Assembly (NCBI GenBank): GCA_945862145.1
Contig: CAMAXE010000027.1
Location: forward strand, 1,330-65,329
DNA length: 64,000 bases
Direction of reading: 5' to 3'
From: Klebsiella pneumoniae
GTDB taxonomy: Bacteria; Pseudomonadota; Gammaproteobacteria; Pseudomonadales; UBA5518
The position numbers were made by a program, and so were the translations under genes. The notes beneath the pieces are model-generated. The model did not search any database and was not told the origin of the DNA. It saw only the letters and a program-made list of their open reading frames with translations. How positions within the stretch are numbered: position 1 is the first letter of the stretch; each line of letters begins with the position of its first letter. Positions 33,445 through 44,449 of this stretch are shown here, in pieces.

Positions 33445-33646
33445 CGCAATCGCGCCGTGGCAGGGAGGGCGCGAGCATTCTAGCAAGATGACAGCGATTA
33501 GCGTGGCTGCAGGTACACCGGAACCCGATCGCTGCCGGACCACCCGGGATCGCCTGCAGAAAGCCCCCTAGGCATGCCCTGCGGCCGCGATTAGTGTTGC
33601 GCTTGTGTTGGCACGCAGACGGCACCAGACGGCAGGAGATAGACGC

Positions 33647-34198
33647 ATGACAGGACCCGACACATCGCTGCGGGAGCTTTCCGGAACGCCGGACCCCGCC
33701 ACCCGCGATTTCGTCTTCAACCAGACCATGCTGCGTGTGAAGGATCCCGCGATCGCGGTGGACTTCTACACCCGCGTGCTCGGCATGACGCTGGTGAGGC
33801 AGCTCGATTTTCCCGAGATGCGTTTCTCGCTGTACTTTCTTTGCCACCTGCGCGGCGACGATCCCGCGGTGCCCACCGACCCCACGGAGCGCACCGCCTG
33901 GGCCTTTACCCGCAACGCCATGCTGGAACTCACCCACAACTGGGGCAGCGAGAGCGACCCCGCATTCGGGGGCTACCACAACGGCAACAGCGAGCCTCGC
34001 GGTTTCGGGCATATCGGCATCAGCGTGCCCGACGTAAGCCTCGCCTGCGCGCGCTTCGAGGAACTGGGCGTCGATTTCGTGAAACGTCCGGCAGACGGCA
34101 AGATGCGCGAAGTGGCCTTCATCAGGGATCCCGACGGCTACTGGATCGAGATTCTCTCGGCGGCCAGCGCAGGGGCCATTCGCGAGCACCTCGGGTAG
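33647..34198 (+). CDS. gloA: Lactoylglutathione lyase (glyoxalase I, long form)
   Basis: [44 protein letters not shown]. Confidence 0.95.
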   Translation: MTGPDTSLRELSGTPDPATRDFVFNQTMLRVKDPAIAVDFYTRVLGMTLVRQLDFPEMRFSLYFLCHLRGDDPAVPTDPTERTAWAFTRNAMLELTHNWGSESDPAFGGYHNGNSEPRGFGHIGISVPDVSLACARFEELGVDFVKRPADGKMREVAFIRDPDGYWIEILSAASAGAIREHLG

Positions 34199-34273
34199 CA
34201 TGGGCCGGGGCCGGGAAGGCCGTTTCACCGTGCTAGACTCCGCGCTCCCTGCCCGTCCCGAGACGCACTTCGC

Positions 34274-35332
34274 ATGAGCGATTCCGCCCCGCAATCCCTG
34301 TCCTACAAGGACGCCGGTGTCGACATCGACGCGGGCAACGCGCTGGTCGCCAACATCAAGGGCATCGCCCGGCGCACGCGGCGCCCCGAGGTGATGGGCG
34401 GTATCGGCGGCTTCGGCGCGCTTTGCCGCATTCCGGAAGGCTACCGCAAGCCCGTATTGGTCTCGGGCACCGATGGCGTGGGCACCAAGCTCCGGCTCGC
34501 GATGCAACTTGGCATCCACGACACCATCGGCATCGATCTGGTCGCCATGTGCGTGAACGATCTGGTGGTCGCCGGGGCCGAGCCGCTGTTCTTCCTCGAC
34601 TACTACGCCACCGGCAAGCTAGACGTTGCCATCGCCACGCAGGTGGTGAGCGGCATAGGCGCGGGCTGCGAGCAGGCGGGCTGCGCGCTGGTGGGTGGCG
34701 AGACCGCCGAGATGCCCGGCATGTACGAGGGCGATGACTACGATCTGGCCGGTTTTTGCGTGGGTGTGGTGGAAGAAGATCGCATCATCGACGGCAGCCA
34801 CGTGCAGCCGGGCGACGCGCTGATCGGGCTCGCCTCGAGCGGCGCGCACTCGAACGGCTATTCGCTGATCCGCAAGATCCTGCAGGTCTCCGGCGCCGAT
34901 ACCACCCAAGCCTTCGACGGCCGCACGCTGGGCGAGGCGCTGCTCGCGCCCACCCGCATCTACGTAAAACCTCTGCTCGCGCTGATGCAGCACTGCGAGG
35001 TGCGCGCGCTGGCGCATATCACCGGTGGCGGATTGCTCGAAAATATCCCCCGCGTTCTTCCCGACAACTGCCGCGCCACGCTGGATACCGCGAGCTGGGA
35101 GGAGCCCGCGCTCTTCGGCTGGCTGGCACGCGCCGGCAACGTCGAGCGGCGCGAGATGTACCGCACCTTCAACTGCGGCATCGGCATGGTGGTGTGTGTG
35201 CCGCAGCACGACTGCGAGCGTGCCATCGCCTTCCTGCGCGAGCAGGGCGAGACAGCCTGGCGACTGGGCCGGGTAGACGCCCTCGAAGCCGGCGGCGAAC
35301 AGGTGCATCTGGCAGCGGGGGCCTCCGACTGA
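34274..35332 (+). CDS. purM: Phosphoribosylaminoimidazole synthetase
   Basis: [50 protein letters not shown]. Confidence 0.98.
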   Translation: MSDSAPQSLSYKDAGVDIDAGNALVANIKGIARRTRRPEVMGGIGGFGALCRIPEGYRKPVLVSGTDGVGTKLRLAMQLGIHDTIGIDLVAMCVNDLVVAGAEPLFFLDYYATGKLDVAIATQVVSGIGAGCEQAGCALVGGETAEMPGMYEGDDYDLAGFCVGVVEEDRIIDGSHVQPGDALIGLASSGAHSNGYSLIRKILQVSGADTTQAFDGRTLGEALLAPTRIYVKPLLALMQHCEVRALAHITGGGLLENIPRVLPDNCRATLDTASWEEPALFGWLARAGNVERREMYRTFNCGIGMVVCVPQHDCERAIAFLREQGETAWRLGRVDALEAGGEQVHLAAGASD

Positions 35333-35934
35333 TGAGCCTCGCACCACGCCGCCGCCTCGTGGTGCTGATCTCCGGAGGCGGCAGCAACCTGCAGGCATTC
35401 CTCGACGCCGCACGCGACCCCCGCTACCCCTGCGAGGTGGTCGCCGTCATCAGCAACAAGGCAGGCGTGTTCGGGCTGGAACGTGCGGCCCGCGCCGACA
35501 TCCCGGCAGAGGTGCTTGACCACACCGCCTTCCCCACCCGCGAGGCCTTCGATGCCGCGTTGGCAGAACGCGTCGATGCCCACGCGCCGGATCTGGTGAT
35601 CCTGGCGGGCTTCATGCGTATCCTCACGCCGGCTTTCGTACAGCGTTATGCCGGCCGACTTCTCAACATCCACCCTTCACTGCTGCCGAAGTACCCGGGG
35701 CTGCACACCCACCAGCGCGCCATCGACGCGGGCGACACCGAGGCGGGCGCCACGGTGCACCTGGTCACCGAGGAACTGGACGGCGGCCCGCACATCCTGC
35801 AGGCGCGCGTCCCGGTACTGCCGGGCGATACGGCGGCAACGCTTGCAGCACGGGTGCTGGTGGAGGAGCACCGGCTCTACCCCGAGGCCGCAAAATTGCT
35901 GGCGCTCGGAGGAGCGGACGAGCCGGGCGCGTGA
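35332..35934 (+). CDS. purN: Phosphoribosylglycinamide formyltransferase
   Basis: ISGGGSNLQA, LAGFMRIL, NIHPSLLP, ELDGGP; ATG overlaps the purM stop. Confidence 0.97.
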   Translation: MSLAPRRRLVVLISGGGSNLQAFLDAARDPRYPCEVVAVISNKAGVFGLERAARADIPAEVLDHTAFPTREAFDAALAERVDAHAPDLVILAGFMRILTPAFVQRYAGRLLNIHPSLLPKYPGLHTHQRAIDAGDTEAGATVHLVTEELDGGPHILQARVPVLPGDTAATLAARVLVEEHRLYPEAAKLLALGGADEPGA

Positions 35935-36731
35935 AACGACTGCTCTCGCTTGCCACCGGCAGCCTGCCTGAATTCAGTCCGGTGGAGGTCGTGGAAGCAG
36001 CCGCCGCCGCAGGCTGGGAAGCCTGCGGCATCTGGTTCGACGCCGCGACCTGGACCGCAAAAACCACCCGCGACACCCGCGAGGCCTTTGTTAGCAGCGG
36101 CCTGATCGCACTGGATATCGAGGTGGTATGGATCCACCCCGGCGCCGCCGACCCCAACCACGAACGACTGCTGGAAGCCGGCGCGGAGATCGGTGCGCGC
36201 AACGCGCTGGTGGTGAGCTCAGACCCCGATATCGAGGCCACCAAGCGGCGTTTCGAGGGGATCTGCCGCATCGCCGAGCGCTGCGGACTCGATGCCTGTT
36301 TCGAGTTCCTGCCGATCACCGCCGTGAAAAGCCTGCCGGCCGCGCTGGAGGTGATTCACGCCGTGGCTCATCCGCGCGCGAGATTGCTGGTCGATGCCCT
36401 GCACCTCGCCCGTTCGGGCGGCAACCCGGAGCAACTGCGCGACTTGCCCGCAGAGCTCTTCAGCTATGCCCAGATCTGCGACGCACCCGCGCAGCTCACG
36501 CCAATGAATCACGAGACCCTGCTGCACGAGGCCATCGACGCCCGCCTGTTGCCGGGCGAGGGCGAACTGCCCCTGCAGCGGCTCCTGGCCGCGCTGCCGG
36601 CGGGGCTGGCGCTGGCACCCGAGCAACGCTCCCGCGCGCTTCGCGAGCGCTACCCGGACGCGGCGGCACGCGCCGGCGCGATACTCCGGGCCACGCGGAG
36701 CTTCTTGCAGACCGTGGGCGAGACGGCCTGA
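35931..36731 (+). CDS. Sugar-phosphate isomerase/epimerase-like TIM-barrel protein
   Basis: FEFLP, LVDALHLARSGG, YAQICDA, RLLPGEGELPL; GTGA overlap with purN. Confidence 0.85.
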   Translation: MKRLLSLATGSLPEFSPVEVVEAAAAAGWEACGIWFDAATWTAKTTRDTREAFVSSGLIALDIEVVWIHPGAADPNHERLLEAGAEIGARNALVVSSDPDIEATKRRFEGICRIAERCGLDACFEFLPITAVKSLPAALEVIHAVAHPRARLLVDALHLARSGGNPEQLRDLPAELFSYAQICDAPAQLTPMNHETLLHEAIDARLLPGEGELPLQRLLAALPAGLALAPEQRSRALRERYPDAAARAGAILRATRSFLQTVGETA

Positions 36732-36792
36732 ATCCGCCCGGGATGCGTCGGTTTTCTTTACATCTGCCGAATGGCGGGGCCAGTGGACCTGC

Positions 36793-37359
36793 TCAGGCCT
36801 TGGGCAAGGTAACGCCAGTCTGGCCCTGATACTTGCCGCCGCGATCGCGGTAGGAGGTTTCGCACACCTCGTCGCTCTCGAAGAAGAGCATCTGCGCCAC
36901 GCCCTCGTTGGCGTAGATTTTCGCGGGCAGGGTGGTGGTGTTGGAGAATTCCAGCGTCACGTGACCTTCCCATTCGGGCTCGAGCGGCGTGACGTTCACG
37001 ATGATCCCGCAGCGCGCGTAGGTGGATTTGCCGAGGCAGATGGTGAGCACGTTGCGGGGGATGCGGAAGTACTCCACGGTGCGAGCAAGCGCGAAGGAAT
37101 TGGGCGGGATGATGCAGCTGTCGGCGGTGAAGTCGACAAAGCTGTTGGGATCGAAGTTTTTGGGATCCACCGTGGCGGAGTGGACGTTGGTGAAGATCTT
37201 GAACTCCTCGGAGCAGCGCACGTCGTAGCCGTAACTCGAGGTGCCGAAGGAGATCACCTTGCCTGCAGCAGTGTGGCGCACCTGGTCGGGCTCGAAGGGG
37301 CTGATCATGCCGTGCTCCTGCGCCATGCGCCGGATCCAGCGGTCGGATTTGATCGACAT
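36793..37359 (-). CDS. dcd: dCTP deaminase
   Basis: [45 protein letters not shown]; 188 aa. Confidence 0.98.
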   Translation of the reverse strand: MSIKSDRWIRRMAQEHGMISPFEPDQVRHTAAGKVISFGTSSYGYDVRCSEEFKIFTNVHSATVDPKNFDPNSFVDFTADSCIIPPNSFALARTVEYFRIPRNVLTICLGKSTYARCGIIVNVTPLEPEWEGHVTLEFSNTTTLPAKIYANEGVAQMLFFESDEVCETSYRDRGGKYQGQTGVTLPKA

Positions 37360-37381
37360 CCTCTGCCTCTCTTTTCTTCTG

Positions 37382-38470
37382 TCAGTCGTTGCTGAAGGAA
37401 ATGACCGGCCCGCGCACCGGTGCCGTAATCTGCAATCGCGCGAGTTGCAGGGCCGTGCGCCGGGCGATGTCGCGGTAGATGGCAGCGATTGCACCGGAGG
37501 GCTCGGCAACCACCGTGGGTGTGCCGCCGTCAGTCTGCTCCCGGATGCGGATATCCAGCGGCAACGCACCCAGCAGCGGCACGCCATAGGCCTGCGCGAT
37601 GCGCTCGCCCCCACCGGCGCCGAACAGGTGCTCGGCGTGCCCGCAGGCCGAACAGATGTGCACCGCCATGTTCTCCACCACGCCAAGCACGGGGATCTCG
37701 ACCTTGCGGAACATCTCGATGCCCTTGCGGCAATCGAGCAGCGCGATGTCCTGCGGTGTGGTGACGATGACCGCTCCGCTCACCGGCACTTTCTGCGCCA
37801 GCGTGAGCTGGATATCGCCCGTGCCCGGCGGCATGTCGACGATCAGGTAGTCGAGGTCGTGCCAAAGCGTCTGCTGCAGCATCTGCTGGAGCGCGCCGCT
37901 CGCCATGGGGCCGCGCCAGACCATGGGCGTGTTGGCCGTGACGAGGTAGCCCATCGACATGGTCTGCAGGCCGTGCGCCATGATCGGCTCGAAGAACTTG
38001 CCATCACGCACGGTGGGCTGACGGTCGCCCGCAATACCGAGCATGACTTGCTGGCTCGGGCCGTAAATGTCGGCATCGAGAAGGCCAACGCGAGCGCCTT
38101 CGGCAGCCAGCGCGAGCGCGAGGTTCACCGCCGTGGTGGATTTGCCCACGCCACCCTTGCCCGAGGCCACAGCGATCACGTTGCCCACGCGATCCAGGGC
38201 CTCGACGCCCTGCTTGCGGGCTCCAGCAGCGATGTGCGGCTCCAGTTCCACCATCACGCCATCGAGGCCCGGCAAGGCAGCGCTCAGGGCACTGGCAATA
38301 GCGCCCGCGAGCCCGGCCATGGGTACGGTGCTGCGCAGACGCAGACGCGGCCCGGTAGCGCCGGGCTGGAGTTCGAGGAAGCTCGCCACCTCGCCGAGTG
38401 GTGCCTCGAGGCCCGTAACGCGGCAGGTAGCCAGCGCGGCCGTGATCGCAGCGGTCGAAGGTTGGCTCAT
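37382..38470 (-). CDS. apbC: Fe-S cluster carrier ApbC/Mrp
   Basis: [49 protein letters not shown]. Confidence 0.96.
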   Translation of the reverse strand: MSQPSTAAITAALATCRVTGLEAPLGEVASFLELQPGATGPRLRLRSTVPMAGLAGAIASALSAALPGLDGVMVELEPHIAAGARKQGVEALDRVGNVIAVASGKGGVGKSTTAVNLALALAAEGARVGLLDADIYGPSQQVMLGIAGDRQPTVRDGKFFEPIMAHGLQTMSMGYLVTANTPMVWRGPMASGALQQMLQQTLWHDLDYLIVDMPPGTGDIQLTLAQKVPVSGAVIVTTPQDIALLDCRKGIEMFRKVEIPVLGVVENMAVHICSACGHAEHLFGAGGGERIAQAYGVPLLGALPLDIRIREQTDGGTPTVVAEPSGAIAAIYRDIARRTALQLARLQITAPVRGPVISFSND

Positions 38471-38629
38471 CGGGCGCACCAAGTAACGGAATCGGAACGC
38501 ATGGTAATGCCCACACCCCGGGCGCGGAAGCGCGGTCGGTACTTTCCACGGTGCGTGGCCTACGGCAGGACGGTTATAGTCCGGCGACATCCCTGCACAC
38601 ACCGCCCTGCGGCACACACGCGAGACCCC

Positions 38630-40663
38630 ATGGCCCCACGCCGCATACTCGTCACCAGCGCCCTGCCCTACGCAAACGGACCGCTGCACCTCGGCCACAT
38701 GGTCGAGCAGATCCAGACCGACATCTGGGTGCGCTTCCAGAAGCTCCGCGGCAACGAGTGCCACTATGTCTGCGCGAGCGACGCCCACGGCACGCCGATC
38801 ATGCTGAAGGCCGAGCAGGAGGGCATCAGCCCGGAATCACTTATCGCGCGGATCCAGACCTCGCACCAGGCAGACTCCGCGGGCTTTCTGGTGGAATTCG
38901 ACAACTTCCACACCACGCACTCCCCCGAGAACCGTCACTACACCGAGCTTTTCTACAAACGCCTGCTGGCCGCGGGCCATATCGCGCGCCGCCCCATCCA
39001 GCAGGCCTTCGACCCGGTGAAAAATCTTTTCCTGCCCGACCGCTACATCAAGGGCGGCTGCCCGCGCTGCAGCGCGCCCGACCAGTACGGGGATTCCTGT
39101 GAGGCCTGCGGCGCGACCTATGGTCCAACGGATCTCAAGAATCCGGTCTCGGTACTCTCCGGTGCCACGCCGGTCACCCGCGAGTCCGAGCACTTTTTCT
39201 TCCGCCTCGGCGACTTCGAGCAGATGCTGCGGGAATGGACCGCCGGCGCCTCGGTGCAGCCCGAGATCGCCAACAAACTGAATGAGTGGTTCGAGCAGGG
39301 CCTGCAGGACTGGGACATCTCGCGCGATGCGCCGTACTTCGGCTTCGAAATCCCGCGCGAACCCGGTAAATATTTCTACGTGTGGCTGGAAGCACCGATC
39401 GGCTACATGGCGAGCGCGCAGGAGTACTGCAACCGCACGGGGCTCGCATTCGAGGATTTCTGGGGCGTAGACAGCAGCGCCGAACTGCACCACTTCATCG
39501 GCAAGGACATCGCCTACTTCCACACGCTCTTCTGGCCTGCGATGCTCCACGGCGCGGGCTATCGCCGCCCCACCGCCGTGCACTGCCATGGTTTCCTCAC
39601 GGTGAATGGCCAGAAGATGTCGAAATCGCGCGGCACTTTCGTGATGGCGCGCAGCTACCTCGAGCACCTCGACCCCGAATACTTCCGCTACTACATCGCC
39701 GGCAAACTGGGCCCGGCAGTGGAGGACATCGACTTCAGCCTAGAGGATTTCGTGCAGCGCGTGAATTCCGACCTGGTGGGCAAGGTGGTCAATATCGCCA
39801 GCCGCTGCGCGGGGTTCATCGGCAAGCGCTTCGACGGGAAACTGGGCGGCGCTGACACCGCGCTCATCGCGGAATTGACAGCAGCCGCCGACACCGTGGC
39901 CGCGCACTACGAGCAGCTCGAGTACGCCAAGGCGATGCGCGTGGTGATGGGGCTGGCGGACCGCGCCAACCAGTACATCGACCAGGAGAAACCCTGGCAA
40001 CTGGCGAAGGACCCCGCGCAGGAACAGCGGGTGCAGGCGGTGTGCTCGACGGGGATAGAACTCTTCAGGGTGCTGATGACCTACCTGAAGCCCGTTTTGC
40101 CCGCGATGGCCGGGCGCTCCGAGGCGTTCCTGCAGACCACGCTTACGTGGGATGGCCTGACGGCACCCCTCGGGGCACACACGGTGGCGACTTTCACGCC
40201 ACTCATGAATCGCGTGGACATGGACAAGGTGAACGCCATGATCGAATCCGGCAAAGGCACTGCCGAAGCGGCTGCAGTCGTCGCGCCCGTGGCGGCCACT
40301 GCGCCGGCGCAGGCACCGCAGACACTGCCCGTTGGCCCCGAAATCACCATCGACGATTTCGCCAAAATCGACCTGCGCGTGGCGCGCGTCGCGGCGGCAG
40401 CGCACGTCGAAGGCGCGGACAAACTGATCCAGCTGACGCTCGACCTGGGCGACGGCGAGCGCAATGTGTTTGCCGGCATCAAGAGCGCCTACGCGCCGGA
40501 ATCACTGGTCGGGCGACTGGTCGTCGTGGTGGCGAACCTGGCGCCACGGAAAATGCGCTTCGGGCTCTCGCAGGGCATGGTGCTGGCAGCCGGTCCCGGC
40601 GGGAAGGAGATCTTCCTGCTCTCGCCCGACAGCGGCGCCGTGCCCGGCATGCAGGTGAAGTAG
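38630..40663 (+). CDS. metG: Methionine-tRNA ligase with C-terminal tRNA-binding domain
   Basis: [13 protein letters not shown], zinc knuckle CPRC/CEAC, KMSKS, C-terminal IDLRVA...ANLAPRKM. Confidence 0.98.
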   Translation: MAPRRILVTSALPYANGPLHLGHMVEQIQTDIWVRFQKLRGNECHYVCASDAHGTPIMLKAEQEGISPESLIARIQTSHQADSAGFLVEFDNFHTTHSPENRHYTELFYKRLLAAGHIARRPIQQAFDPVKNLFLPDRYIKGGCPRCSAPDQYGDSCEACGATYGPTDLKNPVSVLSGATPVTRESEHFFFRLGDFEQMLREWTAGASVQPEIANKLNEWFEQGLQDWDISRDAPYFGFEIPREPGKYFYVWLEAPIGYMASAQEYCNRTGLAFEDFWGVDSSAELHHFIGKDIAYFHTLFWPAMLHGAGYRRPTAVHCHGFLTVNGQKMSKSRGTFVMARSYLEHLDPEYFRYYIAGKLGPAVEDIDFSLEDFVQRVNSDLVGKVVNIASRCAGFIGKRFDGKLGGADTALIAELTAAADTVAAHYEQLEYAKAMRVVMGLADRANQYIDQEKPWQLAKDPAQEQRVQAVCSTGIELFRVLMTYLKPVLPAMAGRSEAFLQTTLTWDGLTAPLGAHTVATFTPLMNRVDMDKVNAMIESGKGTAEAAAVVAPVAATAPAQAPQTLPVGPEITIDDFAKIDLRVARVAAAAHVEGADKLIQLTLDLGDGERNVFAGIKSAYAPESLVGRLVVVVANLAPRKMRFGLSQGMVLAAGPGGKEIFLLSPDSGAVPGMQVK

Positions 40664-40665
40664 CC

Positions 40666-41301
40666 ATCGACCCGCTCGCCGTAGAGCGCATCCAGGACTG
40701 CCTGCCGCAGACGCAGTGTGCGCGCTGTGGGCATCCCGGCTGCCGCCCTTACGCCGAGGCCATTGCCGCCGGCGCGCCGATCAACCGCTGCCCGCCCGGC
40801 GGCGAGGCAACCATCCGCGCACTCGCGCAACTCCTGGATCTGCCGGTGCTCCCGCTCGATCCCGAACTCGGTGCCGCTCCGGCGCCGGCCGTGGCGTTCA
40901 TCCGCGAGTCCGAGTGCATCGGCTGCTTCAAGTGCGTGCAAGCTTGCCCGGTGGACGCGATCCTCGGGGCGCCGCAATGGATGCACACGGTGATCGCCGC
41001 CGAGTGCACGGGCTGCGGGCTGTGTCTGCCGCCCTGCCCGGTCGATTGCATCGACCTGCGTGAATTGCCGGTGGCAAGCACTCCCGTCTGGTCGGCCCCC
41101 GTGGCGCGGCGACGCGCGGACGCCCGACGCGAGCGGCTCACGCTTGAGCAACTGCAGGCGCGCCTGGCACGCGAATCGCGCCGTGCGGCCGCCGCAGCGC
41201 GCGCGCGCCGCGTCCAGACCGTGCGCGAAGCCATCGAACGCGTGCAGGCAAGACGCGCCACGATCATCACCCGCAGCGGCGGCGATGACAGCGCGGGCTG
41301 A
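40666..41301 (+). CDS. rnfB: RnfB/RsxB-like Fe-S protein (start codon uncertain, possibly ATC)
   Basis: [58 protein letters not shown]; Arg/Ala-rich helical tail. Confidence 0.85.
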   Translation: MDPLAVERIQDCLPQTQCARCGHPGCRPYAEAIAAGAPINRCPPGGEATIRALAQLLDLPVLPLDPELGAAPAPAVAFIRESECIGCFKCVQACPVDAILGAPQWMHTVIAAECTGCGLCLPPCPVDCIDLRELPVASTPVWSAPVARRRADARRERLTLEQLQARLARESRRAAAAARARRVQTVREAIERVQARRATIITRSGGDDSAG

Positions 41302-42907
41302 GGGGCGCCCGTCACCGGCGCTGCAACCGGTCGATGCGGTGCTGCTGGCGCTCGCGCCCGGCACATGCGCACTGCTCGCGGGCTTCGGCGCGGGGGTGCT
41401 CGCGAATCTGCTGTGGGCGGCACCCGCAGCACTGCTCGCGGAGTCAGTGGCGCGACGCGTCGCGGGCCAGGATGTCCACGCAGCGCTGCGGGATCGATCG
41501 GCGCTGCTGGTGGCCCTGCTGCTCAGCGTATCGCTGCCGCCGGCCAGCCCCTGGTGGCTCGCAGCGGGAGCGGCGCTGGTGGCGGTGGGTGTGGCGCGCC
41601 GGCTTCCCGACGGCAGCGGCGGCACGCTCTTCAATCCGACCATGCTCGCTTATGCGCTGCTGCTGATCTGCTTCCCACGGGAGATGTCGCGCTGGCTCGT
41701 GCCGGATGGCGCCGCGGCCGCCGCGCCCGTGGGGCTCTGGGACGCGCTGCGCACAGCGCTCGGCATGATGCCCGCCGCCACGCTGGACGGTTTCACCATG
41801 GCCACCCCGCTGGAGGTGATCCGCCAGGACACCACCCACACGGTGGCAGAGCTTCGCGCGATGCAGCCACAGTTCGGCAGCCTCGCGGGCCGCGGCTGGG
41901 AGTGGGCAAACGCGGGCTTTCTGGCCGGCGGACTCTGGCTGGTGCAGCGCGGCACCATCGACTGGCGCGCCCCGGCAGGCCTGCTGCTCAGCGTGGGCAC
42001 GCTCGCGCTACTGAACGACGACGGCAGCTCCGCGAGTGGTGGGCCGCTGCTGTTTCACCTGTTCGGTGGCGGCATGATGCTGGCCGGGTTTTTCATCCTC
42101 ACCGATCCGGGCAGCAGCGCACGCAGCCCGCAGGGCAGGATGCTGGGCGGGATTTTCACAGGAGTGCTGGTGTACCTGATGCGAAGCAGCGGCGGCTGGC
42201 CCGACGGCATCGCCTTTGCGGTGCTCGCGACCAATGCGCTGACACCAGTGCTAGACCGCCTTTTCCTGCCGCCTGTGCCGCGGGATGCCGTGGCTCCCGG
42301 GCGACTGTCGCAAGCGCGGCACCTGTGCACCGCAGCGCGTATTGCCATGCTGGCAGCACTGCTCACCCTCGACTGGCGTGGACTGGAACCGGGTCGCCTC
42401 GAGCCCGACGCGGTCACGACAGCGCTGCTCGCTGAACTCGGCGACAGCGGTTACACGCGCATCACGACGTTCAGCGTGCAGGATGCGGCGCTGCTCGGGC
42501 TTCCCGCCGCACGGACCGCCTGGCGCCTTGGCGGGGATGGCCGGCCTGCAGCGGTGGTGCTGCCACTGGTTGCTCACGAGGGCTATGGCGGCCCACTGGA
42601 TCTGCTGCTGGCTGTTGATGAAGCCGGCCACTTGCTCGCGGTGCGCGTCATCCAGCACGCGGAATCTCCGGGCTTTTCTGATCCGCTGGATGCCCCCGGG
42701 CTCGCGTGGCTGCGCGCGTTCGCAGGACACACGCTTGCCGGCACGCGCTGGGCGCTGCGCCGCGATGCGGGAGATTTCGATGCCTTCACCGGCGCCACCG
42801 TGACACCGCGAGCGGTCGTTGCGGCGGTGAGGAGCGGCTTGCAATACTTCGCCGAGCATCGGACCGAATTGCTCGCGGCGCCCCAGGAAACACCGGACGA
42901 CAACTGA
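41285..42907 (+). CDS. RnfD-RnfG fusion protein
   Basis: N-terminal RnfD-like part ([41 protein letters not shown]...P.LD) in frame with an RnfG-like part ([27 protein letters not shown]). Confidence 0.85.
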   Translation: MTARAEGRPSPALQPVDAVLLALAPGTCALLAGFGAGVLANLLWAAPAALLAESVARRVAGQDVHAALRDRSALLVALLLSVSLPPASPWWLAAGAALVAVGVARRLPDGSGGTLFNPTMLAYALLLICFPREMSRWLVPDGAAAAAPVGLWDALRTALGMMPAATLDGFTMATPLEVIRQDTTHTVAELRAMQPQFGSLAGRGWEWANAGFLAGGLWLVQRGTIDWRAPAGLLLSVGTLALLNDDGSSASGGPLLFHLFGGGMMLAGFFILTDPGSSARSPQGRMLGGIFTGVLVYLMRSSGGWPDGIAFAVLATNALTPVLDRLFLPPVPRDAVAPGRLSQARHLCTAARIAMLAALLTLDWRGLEPGRLEPDAVTTALLAELGDSGYTRITTFSVQDAALLGLPAARTAWRLGGDGRPAAVVLPLVAHEGYGGPLDLLLAVDEAGHLLAVRVIQHAESPGFSDPLDAPGLAWLRAFAGHTLAGTRWALRRDAGDFDAFTGATVTPRAVVAAVRSGLQYFAEHRTELLAAPQETPDDN

Positions 42908-42910
42908 ACC

Positions 42911-43567
42911 ATGAACCCCGACAAGCGCCGCGAGATCTTCCGCCGTCTGGCCAACGCCAACCCCACACCCACCACGGAACTCGAGTCCAGCTCGGCCTTC
43001 GAGTTACTGGTTGCGGTGATTCTCTCGGCACAGTCCACCGATGCCGGCGTGAACAAGGCAACCCGCAGACTCTTCCCGGTAGCGAACACGCCGCAGGCCA
43101 TCGCCGCGCTTGGTGAGGACGGTGTGAAGCGCTACATCAAGACAATCGGGCTGTTCAACGCGAAGGCAAAGAACGTGGCTGCCATGGCGCGCTTGCTGGT
43201 GGAGCGCCACGATGCCGAGGTACCGCGTGATCGCGCAGCGCTCGAGGCACTGCCCGGCGTGGGCCGTAAAACCGCGAACGTGATCCTGAACACTGCCTTC
43301 GGCGAAGCCACGATGGCGGTGGACACGCATATCTTCCGGCTCGCAAACCGCATCCGCCTCGCGCCGGGAAAAACCGTGCGTCAGGTAGAAGACCGGCTGC
43401 TGAAGCTAACGCCGCCCGAGTACCTGCAGGACGCCCACCACTGGCTGATCCTGCACGGCCGCTACGTCTGCAAGGCACGTTCGCCGGACTGCGCGCGCTG
43501 CGTGATCAGCGAGCTCTGCGAATACCCGGGCCGGAAAAAGATCATCGCGGCGGCGCAGGCGACCTGA
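42911..43567 (+). CDS. nth: Endonuclease III
   Basis: LSAQSTD, HhH LPGVGRKTANV, VDTH, C-x6-C-x2-C-x5-C Fe-S loop. Confidence 0.98.
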   Translation: MNPDKRREIFRRLANANPTPTTELESSSAFELLVAVILSAQSTDAGVNKATRRLFPVANTPQAIAALGEDGVKRYIKTIGLFNAKAKNVAAMARLLVERHDAEVPRDRAALEALPGVGRKTANVILNTAFGEATMAVDTHIFRLANRIRLAPGKTVRQVEDRLLKLTPPEYLQDAHHWLILHGRYVCKARSPDCARCVISELCEYPGRKKIIAAAQAT

Positions 43568-43586
43568 GCCGCAGAGCGCGGGCCGA

Positions 43587-43991
43587 TCAGGATCCGCGCG
43601 GCTCGAGCGTCGCCACGATCTCGTCTACGGCGGCGTCGTCCATGCCGGCGTGCTCCAGCAGGCAGTGACAGGCCACCTGCACGAAGCAGGCACCCTGCCG
43701 CAGGAACCATTCGCGCCAGTGATGCTCTTCGTCATCGTGCTCGAAGAGTTCGCCGTGCCAGCCGCCCACTTGCACCCGCTGACCGGGAATCCCCGCCTCG
43801 CGCAGTTCTTCGGTCAGCTCGGCCATATCGGCCTCGGTCACCTCGCCCTCCTCGACGATGACCGGCGGAAACACCTCGATACAGCTCACGCCGTCCTCGT
43901 CCTCGATGACGATGACGTCGTCCTCGTCCTGCGAGAACTCCCACTCGTCGGGGAGTTCCAGCGTGCACCAGTCGATCTCGTGAAGAGCCAT
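43587..43991 (-). CDS. Hypothetical acidic protein (possibly DUF3805-like)
   Basis: 134 aa, very D/E rich; WCTLELPDEW...HWREWFL; GGAG RBS. Confidence 0.75.
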   Translation of the reverse strand: MALHEIDWCTLELPDEWEFSQDEDDVIVIEDEDGVSCIEVFPPVIVEEGEVTEADMAELTEELREAGIPGQRVQVGGWHGELFEHDDEEHHWREWFLRQGACFVQVACHCLLEHAGMDDAAVDEIVATLEPRGS

Positions 43992-44005
43992 GCTGTCTCC
44001 GTGGT

Positions 44006-44449
44006 TTACAGGTCGCAGGACATGAGGAGCGCGTCTTCGCGTCCCTCGGGCGTACGGTAATAGGACTTGCGCCGGCCGTCGACCACGAAACCCGCTCCCG
44101 CGTAGAGAGCGCGCGCGGCCGTGTTGGAATCGCGCACCTCGAGCAGGCAGCGTCGCGCCCCCTCGCTGACGGCATCGGTGATGGCGGCATCGAGAAGCCT
44201 GCGCGCGATGCCGCGGCGGCGGGCACTCACGGTGACGGCCAGTTCGAGGATCTCGCAGGCACCGGCCACGGCGGTGTAGACGACGAAACCGAGCACCACG
44301 CCCGCGTCGTCACGCACCGCAAAGCCGCGGGAACGGCCGAGCGATTCGCGGAAAGCCTCTTCGCTCCAGGGCGACGGGTTGGTCTCCGCATCGATGGCGG
44401 CGAAGCGGGCGGCGTCGGCAAGCCGGGCGAGACTCAAGGACTCAGGCAT
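44006..44449 (-). CDS. rimI: Ribosomal protein S18 N-acetyltransferase
   Basis: PWSEEAF, RRRGIAR, LEVRDSNTAARALY, GRRKSYY...REDALLM. Confidence 0.93.
   Translation of the reverse strand: MPESLSLARLADAARFAAIDAETNPSPWSEEAFRESLGRSRGFAVRDDAGVVLGFVVYTAVAGACEILELAVTVSARRRGIARRLLDAAITDAVSEGARRCLLEVRDSNTAARALYAGAGFVVDGRRKSYYRTPEGREDALLMSCDL

Noticed and set aside
33508-33560. CTGCAGG...CCTGCAG inverted repeat upstream of gloA
   Set aside because: Only 7 bp in GC-rich DNA with no supporting inner structure; expected by chance.
34756-35934. 392-aa ORF implying an N-terminally extended PurN
   Set aside because: The extension is an alternative frame of purM; PurN starts at ATG 35332.
37241-40663. 1140-aa MetG with a long N-terminal extension
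   Set aside because: The extension is antisense to apbC and dcd; MetG motifs begin at ATG 38630.
40042-40665. Upstream start for rnfB inside metG
   Set aside because: It would need more than 600 nt of same-strand overlap and encodes Arg-rich off-frame sequence.
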